Shown here: piece after piece, positions 1-8,909 of the stretch | How the letters are laid out: each line of letters begins with the position of its first letter | How positions within the stretch are numbered: the stretch's first letter is position 1 | NCBI GenBank assembly: GCA_024278215.1 | Contig: JAJRTR010000140.1 | Coordinates: 6,716-70,715, forward strand | DNA: 64,000 bases | Origin: a bacterium | Lineage (GTDB): Bacteria > UBP15 > UBA6099 > JAJRTR01 | Reading direction: 5' to 3' | Notes under the pieces: generated by a model | Told to the model about the DNA's origin: nothing | Databases searched by the model: none | The model's input: the letters and a program-made list of their open reading frames with translations, nothing else | Program-made: the position numbers and the translations under genes

Positions 1-26
1 ATATTTACCGCTTTTCACGGTTATTT

Positions 27-755
27 ATGAAAACTTTTAAAATAGCAGTGCTTCTTTTTTTTCTTTCAGCCGCTCTTACCTGCGTCCAGGCAACAGCAGG
101 AAAGAACGGTAGCGGAGCCTCCGAAAAACTATCCATCGAAACACTCAAGGCTGATCTCGGACTGACCGAAAATCAGGTTATATCCCTGCAAAACCTGTTT
201 AATGTTTTTTATCAGAAGAAAATCAGGCTCCTGAAGGAGATGCAGGACCTCGAGCCCCCTGCCGCTTTTGAGAAACAACAGGCAATGCAGAAAGAGTTTT
301 ACAACCGGCTGGGCAAGATACTCTCCGCCGGGCAGGTAGACAAATATAAAAAAGTTATGGGAATAAAAAAAGCCGGGACCGAGATCACGATTGACGAAAA
401 AAGTGATTCGAACGATTCGAGCAGTATACCGAGTGTAAAGCGATCAAAAGTATTTCCAAGTCTGCTTGCGTTGAAAAACCTGCTGTTTGACATCGAACTT
501 TCCGGTCTCCAGCGCGAAGCGATCGAAGAATTTTTCGCGGAGATCGAGAAGCAGGCCTCGCAAATGCAATATTGGGACCCGTCTTTCGACCCGGCGGACG
601 ACCCGAGTTTCGCCACACTTATTCAATCCAAACTCCTGTGGGTGCTCACAGAGAGCCAGTACCGGGAGTTCGCACTTCTCGCCCGGCAGAAAGACGAGAA
701 TCCGGGCGAAGTGCCTTCCGCCCCGGATTTCAACGACGACACACCGGATAACTGA
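27..755 (+). CDS. Secreted/periplasmic LTXXQ-motif protein (Spy/CpxP-like)
   Basis: Signal peptide MKTFKIAVLLFFLSAALTCVQA. Two LTxxQ-type motifs (LGLTENQVISL, VLTESQYREF) in a helical K/E/Q-rich protein. TGA stop. Confidence 0.6.
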   Translation: MKTFKIAVLLFFLSAALTCVQATAGKNGSGASEKLSIETLKADLGLTENQVISLQNLFNVFYQKKIRLLKEMQDLEPPAAFEKQQAMQKEFYNRLGKILSAGQVDKYKKVMGIKKAGTEITIDEKSDSNDSSSIPSVKRSKVFPSLLALKNLLFDIELSGLQREAIEEFFAEIEKQASQMQYWDPSFDPADDPSFATLIQSKLLWVLTESQYREFALLARQKDENPGEVPSAPDFNDDTPDN

Positions 756-785
756 CTCCCCGTGCTTCCGCGCCGGTATTGATTT

Positions 786-2102
786 TCATTTCACACTTAT
801 CTCCACCGGATGGTCGAGGATGTTCAGGTATTCGATTTCGTCGCCGCGCGCGTATTCCGGGCAGTTGTACATGATCGAGGTGAGCCGCCAGACTCCTTTT
901 GTGATTGTCTCCATCTTGCCGACATCGTAGCCGAGCGCGCCGAACTGGCCGGGTGTGTTCTCGGGCGGCTGAAGGGCGGTGATGTCGTCCATGTAGTAGA
1001 GCGACGGCACGGCCTCGAGTTCGCTGTCGAATTCAAGGCGGTTGATCCATGCGCCGCGCCTGCCTTCTTCCGTCCCATAGACCACCGACCACTTGTAGGG
1101 CGACAGGTCGAGGTTTTTCTCCGCTTCCGACATTACGCCGTCGAATACGACGCCGTCCGGATTGTTCTCGTTGATAAAAACTTTTCCACGCTGGTTTTCA
1201 TTGCCGTCGGTGATAACACGGAACTGGAACGACTCCGCCAGCAAGCCGATGTCGAAAGGCACCTGCACTTCTGTGGGGAACTCGAACGAGTCGCGGTAAA
1301 AGATGTTGTTGATAACCGATCCGGGACTCGCGATTTTCCAGAATATGACCATTTTATTATTGGTTCTGCGTATCACGCGCACCGGGCCATCGATATATGC
1401 AAGCAGGTCGCTCGTGAAATCGACTTCCGATTTTTCGATGGTGATTTTTACCATGCGGATTACGGTTTTCACGCGGATTTTCAGGCGGTCGACGGAATTT
1501 ATGCCGTTGCCGCCGCCTGCGGGGGTGATAGCGAGCGAGTCGAACCCGATGGGCGCTTCTTTGCCGAAAGAGATAATGTAATTCCAGGCGGTTACGGTGC
1601 GGGCATCTTCGGAGATCGAGACGTAGTCGACGTCCGAACGCGGTGGCGGGTTGTCGAAAGAGAAAGCGTAGAGATGTGCCGTCGCGCCGTTCAGCGGGTC
1701 GACGGCGGTGATCTCGGCGAATTTATTATATCCCGGCGGCCAGTAATCAGGCGCTGCCCGTGCGCCGAAATCCGATATCATTACTACAAGTTCGTCGTTC
1801 TTGTCGAAAAGGCCTTTGTCGACATCCTCAGATTTTTGCGGGCCGAACGGAAAAACCAGGTCGCCGTCCGGGCCACGCTCGTCTATCTGGAAAGGGACGG
1901 GGCGCATATTGCCGTCTGTGAAAGAATATACCCTGATGTTTTCATTATTTTCGCCGAGCAGGCTTTCGAGTTTTGCGCCTGCGATAATCACGGGATCGGC
2001 TACACGATCGATCCGCTTTTCCGCAGCGTGTGCCCTGGCGACTACTGTCAGCATTACGATAAATACAGTGAAGAGCTTATTTACAATATTATTAATCATC
2101 AT
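786..2102 (-). CDS. Secreted hypothetical protein (438 aa)
   Basis: Long ORF with N-terminal signal/anchor (LFTVFIVMLTVVARAHA). No family recognised by eye. The + strand ORF 810..2228 is its antisense shadow. TGA stop. Confidence 0.6.
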   Translation of the reverse strand: MMINNIVNKLFTVFIVMLTVVARAHAAEKRIDRVADPVIIAGAKLESLLGENNENIRVYSFTDGNMRPVPFQIDERGPDGDLVFPFGPQKSEDVDKGLFDKNDELVVMISDFGARAAPDYWPPGYNKFAEITAVDPLNGATAHLYAFSFDNPPPRSDVDYVSISEDARTVTAWNYIISFGKEAPIGFDSLAITPAGGGNGINSVDRLKIRVKTVIRMVKITIEKSEVDFTSDLLAYIDGPVRVIRRTNNKMVIFWKIASPGSVINNIFYRDSFEFPTEVQVPFDIGLLAESFQFRVITDGNENQRGKVFINENNPDGVVFDGVMSEAEKNLDLSPYKWSVVYGTEEGRRGAWINRLEFDSELEAVPSLYYMDDITALQPPENTPGQFGALGYDVGKMETITKGVWRLTSIMYNCPEYARGDEIEYLNILDHPVEISVK

Positions 2103-2265
2103 ATTCAGGCCCTTATCAGCACATCATTACATGTGAAAACGCGCAATGGGAGTAACACATATACCCCGATCGGGACAACATGCGCTATTTTAGACAATCG
2201 GGCTGCAAATATGAAGCAAAAGCAATAAAAAAGAGTGGAATTGTCGGAAAAAGAAGGAAGAAAAA

Positions 2266-3549
2266 TCAGGAAAATTCGGCAAGGAGAGTGCCGGCGGCGG
2301 TTTTGAGCCTGTCGATCTCGTGGCTTATCATAGCTGTGGCGGATTGCGCTGTTATTACCGATTTCGTCATACTGGTGATCTCATCGGCATAGTCAGTGTC
2401 CTGGAGACGTGATTGCGAGTCGGACATATTAGTTGTCTGGACACTGTTTTCATTAAGCATGCGCTGGAGTTCGTTTATCCTGGCACCGTCCTCGACCTGC
2501 CGGTTCGCCAGTTTCTGCAATGAAGAATCCAGGGAAGAAATCGACGCTTCAGCATCGGTCGCAGTGGAGACATTGGCGTTTATTCCCAGCGCGACCGAGT
2601 CGACTTCGTAGAAGCCGAGACTGTATTGCGCGTCGCTGTTTGTGTTGGGCGCAATCTGGATATTATCTTTATCCTGGGGTTCAACAGCCGGTTCGTTGAA
2701 AAAAATGCCGAAGGTGATGTCCAGCACCTGTTCGTTATCAATAATAATAGTCCATGATCCGGCTGCCGGGTTTGTAAGAGTGAAACTCTCTTCGTCCCAG
2801 CCACCCGCGCCGACATAGCCGCCCCAACCCGAGTAATCCACCTGTGTTGCACTGTCGACCGGCGCTCCCGAAACCGACTGCGCACCGCCGCCGCCCAGAT
2901 AAGTCTCCACTCCGCCGGGCGGATATGTGCTGTAAAGATATCCGAATGCTTCTGTTCCATCGGGAGAAACAAGATTCAGATCGGGAAAAGCCGCGAAACC
3001 GTCGTACCACGATGCATATATGTTTACAACTCCGCCGTTCTGGGCGGCCAGCGATGCTAAATCCACCGACATGCTTACCTGGCCGGGATGGGATGTATCA
3101 AATGGTCCTCCATAGCCCGGCACAGTCGCAAAATTGAGGTTAAAAACCTTCATGTTGTTGAATCTGGAGGCATCGTTTATCCTGTTTATTTCGTTGACCA
3201 GCGCGGTAGCCTCTTCCTGCATTTCACTGCGCTGCTTATCATTTAACGTAGCGCTATTTGCAGAACGCACGGCGAGGTCCCTTAATCTTACGAGGATGTC
3301 TCCGACTTTTTGCGTGGCAGAATCCCTCATCTGAAGAAAACTGAGGCCATCCTGGATATTGCGCTCGGCCATCGTCAGGCCGCTTTTTTCGGATTTTATG
3401 GTATTTATTATTCCATGAGCAGAGGGGTCCTGCCCCGCACGGGAAACTTTCTGTCCGGAGGAAAGTTTTTCCATCGCAGACGAAATCCGCCCACCGGCGG
3501 CGGTGAGGTTCCTGAAAAACTGACGTTCGTTTATGCTGCCGATTCTCAA
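2266..3549 (-). CDS. Flagellin-superfamily protein (FliC/FlgL-like) with a beta-rich non-flagellin central insert
   Basis: N-terminus RIGSINERQFFRNLTAAGGRISSAMEKLSSGQKVSRAGQDPSAHG fits the flagellin/FlgL N-domain. C-terminus RINELQRMLNEN...SRLQDTDYADEITSMTKSVITAQSATAMIS fits the flagellin C-domain. The family-typical MRI.. start comes from TTG at 3549, preceded by GAGAGAGA. The ORF track extends to ATG 3612. Confidence 0.75.
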   Translation of the reverse strand: MRIGSINERQFFRNLTAAGGRISSAMEKLSSGQKVSRAGQDPSAHGIINTIKSEKSGLTMAERNIQDGLSFLQMRDSATQKVGDILVRLRDLAVRSANSATLNDKQRSEMQEEATALVNEINRINDASRFNNMKVFNLNFATVPGYGGPFDTSHPGQVSMSVDLASLAAQNGGVVNIYASWYDGFAAFPDLNLVSPDGTEAFGYLYSTYPPGGVETYLGGGGAQSVSGAPVDSATQVDYSGWGGYVGAGGWDEESFTLTNPAAGSWTIIIDNEQVLDITFGIFFNEPAVEPQDKDNIQIAPNTNSDAQYSLGFYEVDSVALGINANVSTATDAEASISSLDSSLQKLANRQVEDGARINELQRMLNENSVQTTNMSDSQSRLQDTDYADEITSMTKSVITAQSATAMISHEIDRLKTAAGTLLAEFS

Positions 3550-3719
3550 ACGTTTTCTCTCTCTATGCGGTGTGTAATATAAGTAATGCATCGCCTGCGG
3601 CACTGCATGCAATGTCCATAGACGTAATAGTAGTTTTATGTTTTGGAAAATAGTTTTGATGCTGAAACGATGCGGGTGGCTTATGCCCGCAACGATAACA
3701 GATTTTCTCTCTACTGCAA

Positions 3720-3748
3720 ATATTATTAGAGAATCCGGTTTTTGTCAA
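3720..3748 (-). promoter_or_regulatory. Sigma70-type promoter candidate upstream of the flagellin-family gene
   Basis: Minus strand reads TTGACA - 17 nt - TAATAT, about 165 nt upstream of the TTG start. Confidence 0.5.
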
Positions 3749-3792
3749 TCGTTTTATTAATAATTTATTATTAAATATCCAGTCTAATATCG

Positions 3793-5964
3793 TCAAGAAT
3801 CTTTCTCGACGATGAAGCCGTAGTAGCGTCCCAGCCAGTATGGGAGCAGCCAGAATGTGCCGGCTTCCTCGCGCCGCGCGCCGCAACCCGTGTCGAGTTT
3901 GTATGGGTTTTCGTTCCATTTCATAACGGAACGCTCGTCGGGCGGAAGCGGTGTTTGGGCGAGGTTGTCGCCGTGTCTGCCAAGCGATGTCCTGAAGACG
4001 ACATCCGCGCGCTGGCTGTTTCGATGGTCCCACCAGATCAGGTCGAGCGATATTCTCTTCAACGTGAAAATCGCGCCGTTGATGTCGAAATCCGTGCCGT
4101 CAGGCATCACGGCGCCATATATGAAATTGAAGAGCGGGTTTCGCTCGGGCTGTTCGATTTTCCATGAACGAACGATGCTTTTGCGGTAATACTTGAGGAG
4201 GAAAGGATGCTGCTCATATTTCAAAAGCGGGTAGTAGGAGAGGAAAGCGAGTTCGTCGTCCGAGTGGTTTGCCATGCCGGGCTGATTATTTTTCTGTTTA
4301 ACCATATATTTCGCGTAATTGTGGTTTTTCGCGAGGTCGGTGTAAGCATCGGCGAACTTTTTGTCCCCTGTGATGTGGTAGGCGGTTTTCATGATGGAGA
4401 GTATCTCGAGCGCGTTGAGGTTGCGCTGGAAACGGAATTTAGTGTTAAGGTAGTGTGGGTTCCAGCGGCCCCAGGTGGTGGGTTCGCCGTCGGCGTCGAT
4501 GAGGAAGTAGTCGTTGTCGACGAGATAGCCTGCGATGAGACGCACTTTCTCGCGGATTTCCTCTTTTTCGGACTCGGTCGCGCACACGTCGTAGTATACG
4601 GAATAAGCGTAGAAGTGGCCGTCCATTTCATCGGAACTGGTGTCGCCCTTCCAGCGCCATTTGCCGTCGGAAGTGATGTGGTTCCATTCGCCGCCGCCGT
4701 GCGGATAGTCGGGTTCGGCGAACGAACGTGAGATGAAACCGGGTATCTCGTTCACCGTCTCGAGAAACATGAGTGCTTCGAGCGACTCGCGGGCGAATTT
4801 CTTCGCTTCCGGCGCGCCCGTCACCGCATAGCGGTAGCATTCGGCGGCGATATACATCGACGTCCATAGCCCGTCGTTGTCGTTGGTGTTGAGAAAAACC
4901 GAATCGAGATCGCCGGGGATTTCGAGCACGGAGTCCGATACGAGGCCGTGGCGAACATGGCGAAGCCGTGTTTTTTCTTCCATGCTCTCCGCCTTCTCCG
5001 CGAGCGTCATCATCCTGTATTCTATGCGCGACGCGCCTGCGGGAGTTCCCAGCCACGCGCCGCCGCCGGGCATTTCAATTATTGCTGTAACCCGGTCGTC
5101 GGGGATGTATTCGAGACCCTGGAGATACTGCCATTCTCCCGCATTGTAGCGCGCCGCGCCTATCGCCGTGCCCACCCACAGCAGGTCGCCGCCGCCCGCA
5201 AGGCACAGAACGTTTTCGTAGGGCAGTCCGCCGTTCTTTCCCGTAATATTCTTCCATTGCGTTTTCCTGTCGAACCTGCTGATGCCCTTCGATGTGGCGA
5301 CAAACAGGTAGCCGTCTTTGTCCACGAGCAAGTCGCGCACATTGTTGCTGATGAGGCCCGGAGCATTGTCGGCGTGTCGGTATGCCGTCACGGACCGCCC
5401 GTCATAGGATGCAAGCCCGTTGTTGAACCCGATCCACGCCTTACCGTCGGCATCCTTCGCCAGTGCCGTGACAGCGCTCGATCCGAACAGATCGATTCTT
5501 TCGTGCCTTCCGTCTTTAATCCAGAACAAACCTTTGGAAGTGCCGGCGAGAAACCCGCCGTTCCAGTCGATGAAGGAAGTGACATCGCGGTTGAACAACT
5601 GCTCGGCGGGCTCTGCCGCACCGGTTGATATACGAAACAGTCCGTCGAGCCCGGATACGATAAGTCCGTTTTCCGCACATTCGATCCGAGTGATGCCGGT
5701 CGAAACACCGGTCGCCGCCGATTTTTTCCATTCACTGCCGTCGAAATATACGATTCCCTCCTGCGTGCCCGCATATAAGGTTCCCCCGCACATGGCGAAA
5801 GTGTTTATTGCAGGCGAAGGCACTTTGCCCGCAAGCGGATACTTGTGCACGACTTTCTGCGGATACCTGCCGACTGCAACGGACTGCTTCGCGGCTATCG
5901 CTGCGGAAGCAGCCATCGTGATTAAAAGTAATGCGGTTAAGGATATTCTTTTTATCTGTTTCAT
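3793..5964 (-). CDS. Secreted protein: N-terminal beta-propeller-like repeats plus C-terminal alpha-helical (glycosidase-like barrel?) domain
   Basis: Signal peptide MKQIKRISLTALLLITMAASAAIA. Repeated G-x-GL/W motifs (GLFWIKDG, GLASYDG, GISRFD, WVGT) typical of propeller repeats. The C-terminal half is rich in W/Y/H. Function unassigned. Confidence 0.6.
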   Translation of the reverse strand: MKQIKRISLTALLLITMAASAAIAAKQSVAVGRYPQKVVHKYPLAGKVPSPAINTFAMCGGTLYAGTQEGIVYFDGSEWKKSAATGVSTGITRIECAENGLIVSGLDGLFRISTGAAEPAEQLFNRDVTSFIDWNGGFLAGTSKGLFWIKDGRHERIDLFGSSAVTALAKDADGKAWIGFNNGLASYDGRSVTAYRHADNAPGLISNNVRDLLVDKDGYLFVATSKGISRFDRKTQWKNITGKNGGLPYENVLCLAGGGDLLWVGTAIGAARYNAGEWQYLQGLEYIPDDRVTAIIEMPGGGAWLGTPAGASRIEYRMMTLAEKAESMEEKTRLRHVRHGLVSDSVLEIPGDLDSVFLNTNDNDGLWTSMYIAAECYRYAVTGAPEAKKFARESLEALMFLETVNEIPGFISRSFAEPDYPHGGGEWNHITSDGKWRWKGDTSSDEMDGHFYAYSVYYDVCATESEKEEIREKVRLIAGYLVDNDYFLIDADGEPTTWGRWNPHYLNTKFRFQRNLNALEILSIMKTAYHITGDKKFADAYTDLAKNHNYAKYMVKQKNNQPGMANHSDDELAFLSYYPLLKYEQHPFLLKYYRKSIVRSWKIEQPERNPLFNFIYGAVMPDGTDFDINGAIFTLKRISLDLIWWDHRNSQRADVVFRTSLGRHGDNLAQTPLPPDERSVMKWNENPYKLDTGCGARREEAGTFWLLPYWLGRYYGFIVEKDS

Positions 5965-6031
5965 ATTTGATTTCTCCGGAATGTCATGTGATATTGCAGA
6001 CCCATGCTCACAAGTTTATTGCGCACCGCCG

Positions 6032-7186
6032 TCAGCGTCTGCGTTCGCGCATCAGTTGCATAGCAATGACGAGTTTCTGTATCTCGCTGGTGCCTTCATA
6101 TATTTCCGTGATGCGGGCGTCGCGGAAGAATCGCTCGACGGGATAGTCCGTCATGTAGCCCATACCGCCGTGTATCTGGACCGCCTCGTAGGCGCAGAAG
6201 TTTACAGCCTTCGAGCAGAAAAGTTTTACCATCGCGGAATGTTTCGTCAGTTTCATGCCCCGGTCGGCCATCCACGCAGCGTGATAGACCATAAGGCGCG
6301 CGGCCTCGATCTGTGTCGCCATGTCGGCGAGTTTGAACTGAATAGCCTGTGTTTTGATAATCGGCTGCCCGAACTGAACGCGTTGTCGCGCGAAGTCCTG
6401 ACTGAGATGCAGACATCGTTGCGCCATGCCGACACAGCCCGCGCCCAGCCCGAGACGGCCGCGATTGAGCGTTTTCATCGCCACTACGAAGCCGGTGCCC
6501 TCGTTGCCCAGCATGTTTTCGGCCGGCACGCGCATGTCGTCGAAGATAAGCTCGGCGGTGCTCGAACCGCGAATGCCCATGTGTTTCTCGATGGTCCCGA
6601 CAGCGAAGCCGGGGAAGTCTTTCTCGACGATAAACGCCGATATGCCGCCACGACTGTCGGCGTTTTTTTCCACGTTGGCGTATACAACAATGATGTCTGC
6701 TTCTCCGCCGTTTGTGATCCATATTTTCGAACCGTTGATAATATATTCGTCGCCGACACGGCGGGCTTTTGTTTTTATCCCGGCGGCGTCCGAACCGGCT
6801 GTAGGTTCGGTGAGTGCGAACGCGCCCAGTTTTTTGCCGGTGGCAAGCGGCACGAGGTACTTCTTTTTCTGCTCTTCGGTGCCGCCGATGAACACCGACT
6901 GCGCGGCTATGCCGATATGCGCGCCGACAGCGGTGCACATTGTCGCCGACGAGTAGGCCAGTTCCTCGTTAAGAACGCAGTAGCCGAGTTCGCCCAGGCC
7001 CGTGCCGCCGTACTCGACAGGGAACGGTACGCCGAGCAGTCCGATCTCGCCGGCCTTTTTTATCGCTTCGCGTGGGAACATTTCTTCCTTGTCGATTTTG
7101 TCGGCTATCGGCTCGACATCTTTCTTCACGAAATCTTTCACGAGTTTCTGAAGTGAGATTATGTCCTCAGGCAACTGGAAATCCAT
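6032..7186 (-). CDS. Acyl-CoA dehydrogenase
   Basis: Family motifs GAFALTEPTAGSDAAG, IINGSKIWITNGG and QIHGGMGYMTDYPVERFFRDARITEIYEGTSEIQ. Start trimmed to ATG 7186 (MDFQLPEDI), preceded by GGGAGG. The ORF track runs to 7297. Confidence 0.9.
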   Translation of the reverse strand: MDFQLPEDIISLQKLVKDFVKKDVEPIADKIDKEEMFPREAIKKAGEIGLLGVPFPVEYGGTGLGELGYCVLNEELAYSSATMCTAVGAHIGIAAQSVFIGGTEEQKKKYLVPLATGKKLGAFALTEPTAGSDAAGIKTKARRVGDEYIINGSKIWITNGGEADIIVVYANVEKNADSRGGISAFIVEKDFPGFAVGTIEKHMGIRGSSTAELIFDDMRVPAENMLGNEGTGFVVAMKTLNRGRLGLGAGCVGMAQRCLHLSQDFARQRVQFGQPIIKTQAIQFKLADMATQIEAARLMVYHAAWMADRGMKLTKHSAMVKLFCSKAVNFCAYEAVQIHGGMGYMTDYPVERFFRDARITEIYEGTSEIQKLVIAMQLMRERRR

Positions 7187-7293
7187 AGGGGGGCCTCCCG
7201 GTGTTGGTTGTAATACTATTGATTCTGTTCGATAACGCAAATATAAAAGACACGCAATTTCAGATGTTATTCTATAGGTGAATCGCGACAGGA

Positions 7294-8208
7294 TCAAAGG
7301 AAATCGCGGGATACCATGACAAGCCGCTCGTTGAGCATGTTGAGCGCGACATCCGTCGCGTCGAGCGGATAGAGGGAAAGCGACTGTTTGTCGAGCAGGA
7401 TAGTGACCTTCGCTGGGAACTCGTCGTCGGCAAGCCAGAGGATATATTCGGCGGGCAGCCGGGGAAATATATTGAAGATAGCCGAAGCGTCGCCGCGGTC
7501 GGTTTTCTCGCCGCCGAGCGCCTGTGCGGATTCGAGGAAAAGCGCCGTGTCGTGTCCGAAAGTATCTTCGAGGTTCTGAGTTTCGATGCGGTGTTCACCT
7601 GTGAAAAAGTCGCGGCCCGGAAGCACATCGCGCGGTGCCGCCATGACGCCGGAAGGTTTGCCACCCGCACCTTTTGTCAGGTATACGAGACATAGAAACG
7701 GGGCGAACCTGTCCCACTCGCCGCCGTTGCCGCCCTGTTGCTTTTTGACGGTCGTGGATTCGACGTCCACTTCCCATGTGTCACAAAGGCTTTTTAAAAT
7801 GTAGCCTCCGTTGCCCGATGGCGTCGCCAGGGTGCGTTTGCAGACCTCGGCGCGGTCGCGTGTCTCGAGTTCGTCCCAGAGATGCAACACGGCCTTCGGC
7901 ATGTCGTGCTTGCAGGTGGTTTCTTTCTGCTCGCGCCGCCGCTCCTGCATCGAAAGAAAACCTTCACTAAACGGGTATGGACCTTTCCTGTAGTGTTCAC
8001 AGGGGAAGCTGCCGCAGTCGCGGTTGCAGTAGGAAATCTTTTTCTCCGAAGCGCATTCGAGAATAGTGCAGGCCATGCCGAAAAGGTCGAGCTGGGCGGC
8101 GATTTTCCGCTCACCGGCAAGCGACGTGCCGCTCCCGCACGAACTGCACAACCCCATCGTGTGCAGCCTGCACACCGCGCAATCTATTCCACATGCTCCC
8201 GTACCCAT
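7294..8208 (-). CDS. Cys-rich protein (DUF3795-like N-terminus, DUF3786-like C-terminus), possible Fe-S/metal binding
   Basis: About 12 Cys in the first 75 aa (CGIDCAVC...CSSCGSG...CTILEC...CNRDCGSFPCEH). The C-terminal ~200 aa resembles DUF3786 from memory only. Confidence 0.55.
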   Translation of the reverse strand: MGTGACGIDCAVCRLHTMGLCSSCGSGTSLAGERKIAAQLDLFGMACTILECASEKKISYCNRDCGSFPCEHYRKGPYPFSEGFLSMQERRREQKETTCKHDMPKAVLHLWDELETRDRAEVCKRTLATPSGNGGYILKSLCDTWEVDVESTTVKKQQGGNGGEWDRFAPFLCLVYLTKGAGGKPSGVMAAPRDVLPGRDFFTGEHRIETQNLEDTFGHDTALFLESAQALGGEKTDRGDASAIFNIFPRLPAEYILWLADDEFPAKVTILLDKQSLSLYPLDATDVALNMLNERLVMVSRDFL

Positions 8209-8490
8209 AGCGGTATTATATATGTTTTATTAAAATGAACCAAATACAATTTTCCAATATCCTGAACGGTTATGACCAATCATAATTTCAACCCAAAGAG
8301 TCCGCGGAGAGGGAGATAACAAATAAACTGAACTTGTGCGTTTTCATAAAAGGTAGTGCCATGTCAACAAAGAGAAGATGTAAGATGTGGTAGCGTAAAA
8401 ATAATAAAAGTGTAGGGCGGAGTCACCGTACCCCGCCTCAACTTGTGCCTGCACAAACCGTTTCCGCGAGAAATATGTTCAGACGGAGTT

Positions 8491-8510
8491 CAGAATTTTG
8501 CAATTGGCTC
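8491..8510. repeat. Solo right-end terminal repeat of the 179-bp foldback element
   Basis: CAGAATTTTGCAATTGGCTC is identical to the right end of the full copies. Upstream sequence is unrelated to the element interior. Confidence 0.7.
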
Positions 8511-8909
8511 TTTAGAAATAAACTTAAATTTTGAATCAGACCATATATCGTGGTAAAATATGTACAATAAGTTTATTGATCGAAAAGAATTCTCCGATGC
8601 TTGCATCGGTATTAAAAGAAACTATGTGTGCTGTGCTCGAACTGTTTTTTGGGGCACGGACAACAGCGTTGATGACGAATGCAGAAGCGGAATACTTTAT
8701 GAACTGAATAATGATTCCGGCGCAAAAGTGTTTGTTGCTATTAGGCAATCGGCGATTTAACACTATCGCACGCAAGTGTTAAAGACTTTGATGCACAATC
8801 ACGACCACAATAAGCAGCAGAATGGTAAGACCGGACTTTTTGCGCAGGAATCAATAATATACTAACCCTCTAACCTAATAGGGGAAATACGCTCGGAGAG
8901 GTGTTTCTG

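Noticed and set aside
810-2228. 472-aa + strand ORF overlapping the 786..2102 gene
   Set aside because: It is the antisense shadow of a real minus-strand gene in GC-rich DNA. Composition is R/A/V/D/G-rich and low in complexity, with no signal or family motifs. The minus-strand ORF has a proper signal peptide.
3550-3792. Sigma28 (FliA) promoter upstream of the flagellin-family gene
   Set aside because: There is no TAAA-N15-GCCGATAA match on the minus strand. The only CGATAA-like string is on the wrong strand. A sigma70-type promoter fits better.
5420-7156. 578-aa + strand ORF spanning two minus-strand genes
   Set aside because: It crosses the boundary between the beta-propeller gene and the acyl-CoA dehydrogenase gene, both of which have clear family motifs on the minus strand. 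It has no motifs of its own.
7187-7297. N-terminal extensions of ORF-track entries (7297, 19466, 29079, 26435, 43736, 44499, 54171, 36820)
   Set aside because: In each case an internal start codon with a Shine-Dalgarno-like sequence gives the family-typical N-terminus or signal peptide. The extension overlaps a neighbouring gene or a MITE.
8536-8775. Two overlapping 66-79-aa ORFs in the AT-rich gap
   Set aside because: They have no RBS, lie on opposite strands over the same DNA, sit in AT-rich sequence with repeat fragments, and show no motifs.
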